Of a stretch of 64,000 nt of DNA, positions 62,386 through 64,000 are shown in pieces. The translations under genes and the position numbers were made by a program. The DNA is from Antedon mediterranea. Lineage: Eukaryota > Animalia > Echinodermata. The DNA is taken from the NCBI RefSeq assembly GCF_964355755.1, contig NC_092672.1, forward strand, positions 29,518,437-29,582,436, written 5' to 3'. Below the pieces are notes generated by a model. The model saw only the letters and a list, made by a program, of their open reading frames with translations. It had not been told where the DNA came from and did no database searches. Positions within the stretch are counted from its first letter, which is position 1. Each line of letters begins with the position of its first letter.

Positions 62386-64000
62386 TGCCAATGTCTGCAG
62401 TAGGCAAGAATCTGTTCGACATTCACGTGCAGTCTCCTACTCAGTCTCTCAACAAACTACAAGTTACACGATGTGTGGTTTTTGGGGCTTGTATCGCTGC
62501 ACAACATATGGGTAAGTAAATAAAAAAATTAAAAAAAACATTAAGTATGTCTTTAATGAGTGACTATTTTATAGAGTGATTATTTTATATTGACCTGGAA
62601 TGAAATAGACCTCTGAAGCTTCTAACATTTCGAGTTGTGTTGTTTTGTGTGTTCACAACTTCAACAAAAAGGCATCGTAAAAGGAAACTCATTCTCAGCA
62701 ACCCTAAATATAAAATTATGATTGATGATGATGATGATATGAAATGAATAGCCATTATTTCTGAAATAATTTGGCAGCAGCAATTTTTTTTATTAAATAC
62801 AATGGGTGACTCTACTTGACGTACTATAAAAGCAAATCTAAAGCTGAACATTCATTTCTTCAACTGCACAACATTTTTTTTTTAAATAAGACCAAGTAAG
62901 CCTATGTTTCTCTATCCTTGAATGTTTTTGGCCCGTTAGCACATCTTTTTGTTCTACTTACAGTATTGCTTAATTCATAGTGTTTTGGCATTTTAGAAAG
63001 AATTAAAACTAAAGTATATTCTTTTAGAACTGCGTTGTTATACTTTTTTTTTAATTGATCAATTCTTTATATAATTGTTGTTATTTTCATTACTGTTGAT
63101 ATTATGTGTAAATACGATTTTCTTTAAGTCGTCGATATACCCGATCATACCGCATCCAGTATTTCAGAGTGTACTCGAGAAACTACTTTTGCTGTAGCGG
63201 TTGGGCTGAAGATGAATTAAGAGGCTGTACAATTTGTGAGTTTATAATTATAATACTTGGTATAATTGTATAAGTGAAATTAATTTGGCTGGCTTTAATC
63301 AAGCATTCTACTACAGTTGTTTTACTCTAACACATGTAACATGTATACAGTATCAGTAACATGTTGAATAGCAATTTTAGTTTATTTTATCTAAATAACG
63401 ATCTTTACTATAGCAATATGCCCACCCCATCACTGTGGTATTAGTTGAACTTGCGTGGATCCTGACACTTGTGAGTGCAACAGTGGATTTCAAGGAACAC
63501 AATGTCGTGTTACGCATAACAATAAACAATTTTACCAATTTCGTTAGTAAGATAAGAACACAGAAATTCATTTTCTATGTAGATTATTGTATATTACCAA
63601 AATTAGTGCTTGTGAAAAAGTGTTGAAACAATTAAATATACACTTTAGTAGTTTAGTTTAGTATAATAAATCAGGAATGAGATAAAAATGAGGTCAAATC
63701 TTGACAAAGAACATTCTAATATTAAGCATCTTTTTATTTTAATACTGCATTAGACTTTTATTACTGTCCACATTCTTGGAAACCAAGAACATATCTGGGT
63801 ATTTTTATATTGTTCATAAATGGATTGACATTGTAAATGTTTTTACATATATGATATTTTAAAGCTCTGTCTACACTGTCAAACTTTATGTGACAAAAAA
63901 ATGTCAAGTCCAAGAAAAAAAATAAAAATTGTTAAACCCCATAATGTTTTAATATTACTTTTTTAAAGATATCAACGAATGTGCGGATAACAACGGTGGG
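62386..64000 (+). CDS. EMI-domain, EGF and calcium-binding EGF protein (EGFL7/MEGF6-like architecture), partial; one EGF exon carries a stop
   Basis: Exons 62386-62511 (ANVCSRQ...SY...MCGFWGLYRCTTYG) and 63129-63235 (RRYTRSY...FCCSGWAEDELRGCTI) form an EMI domain. Then 63414 to about 63506 (ICPPHHCGIS*TCVDPDTCECNSGFQGTQC, EGF) and 63969 to the window end (INECADNNGG, cbEGF). Not in the ORF track; first exon not found. Confidence 0.8.
63863..63905. mobile_element. Truncated family 1 MITE end
   Basis: taa-agctctgtctacactgtcaaactttatgtgacaaaaaaatgt. Confidence 0.55.

Noticed and set aside
63446-63448. TGA as selenocysteine or programmed readthrough
   Set aside because: The position aligns with a Gly of the EGF consensus, all six Cys are already present, and no SECIS evidence is available.

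Overview
AT-rich animal genomic DNA with spliceosomal introns; the gene and repeat content suggests an invertebrate deuterostome such as an echinoderm (inference). Genes from left to right: (1) the 3' two-thirds of dishevelled (+, 2105-11490; basic region, PDZ, DEP and the C-terminal ...EFFVDVM), which carries two tandem 77-bp paralogous PDZ exons that look mutually exclusive and are followed by complementary intronic segments; (2) a BTB-BACK-Kelch gene (+, 17914-20828); (3) a disabled NACHT-LRR (NLR) gene (-, 41704-53838) with about 11 near-identical 177-bp LRR units; (4) the first visible exons of an EMI-EGF gene at the right edge. Mobile elements: a Helentron-like element; a full-length Gmr1-type Ty3/Gypsy element (404-bp LTRs differing at 2 sites, integrase before RT) with an apparently intact two-gene PIF/Harbinger inserted at its gag-pol junction; a truncated CR1-group LINE; three nested DNA transposons (Sola1-like > Academ > unclassified TIR element) inside the NLR exon; a second Academ-like element; and several MITE families. 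Both Academ-type elements sit inside the terminal inverted repeat of another DNA transposon. All coordinates and alignments were read by eye; family names come from recalled motifs, not database searches.
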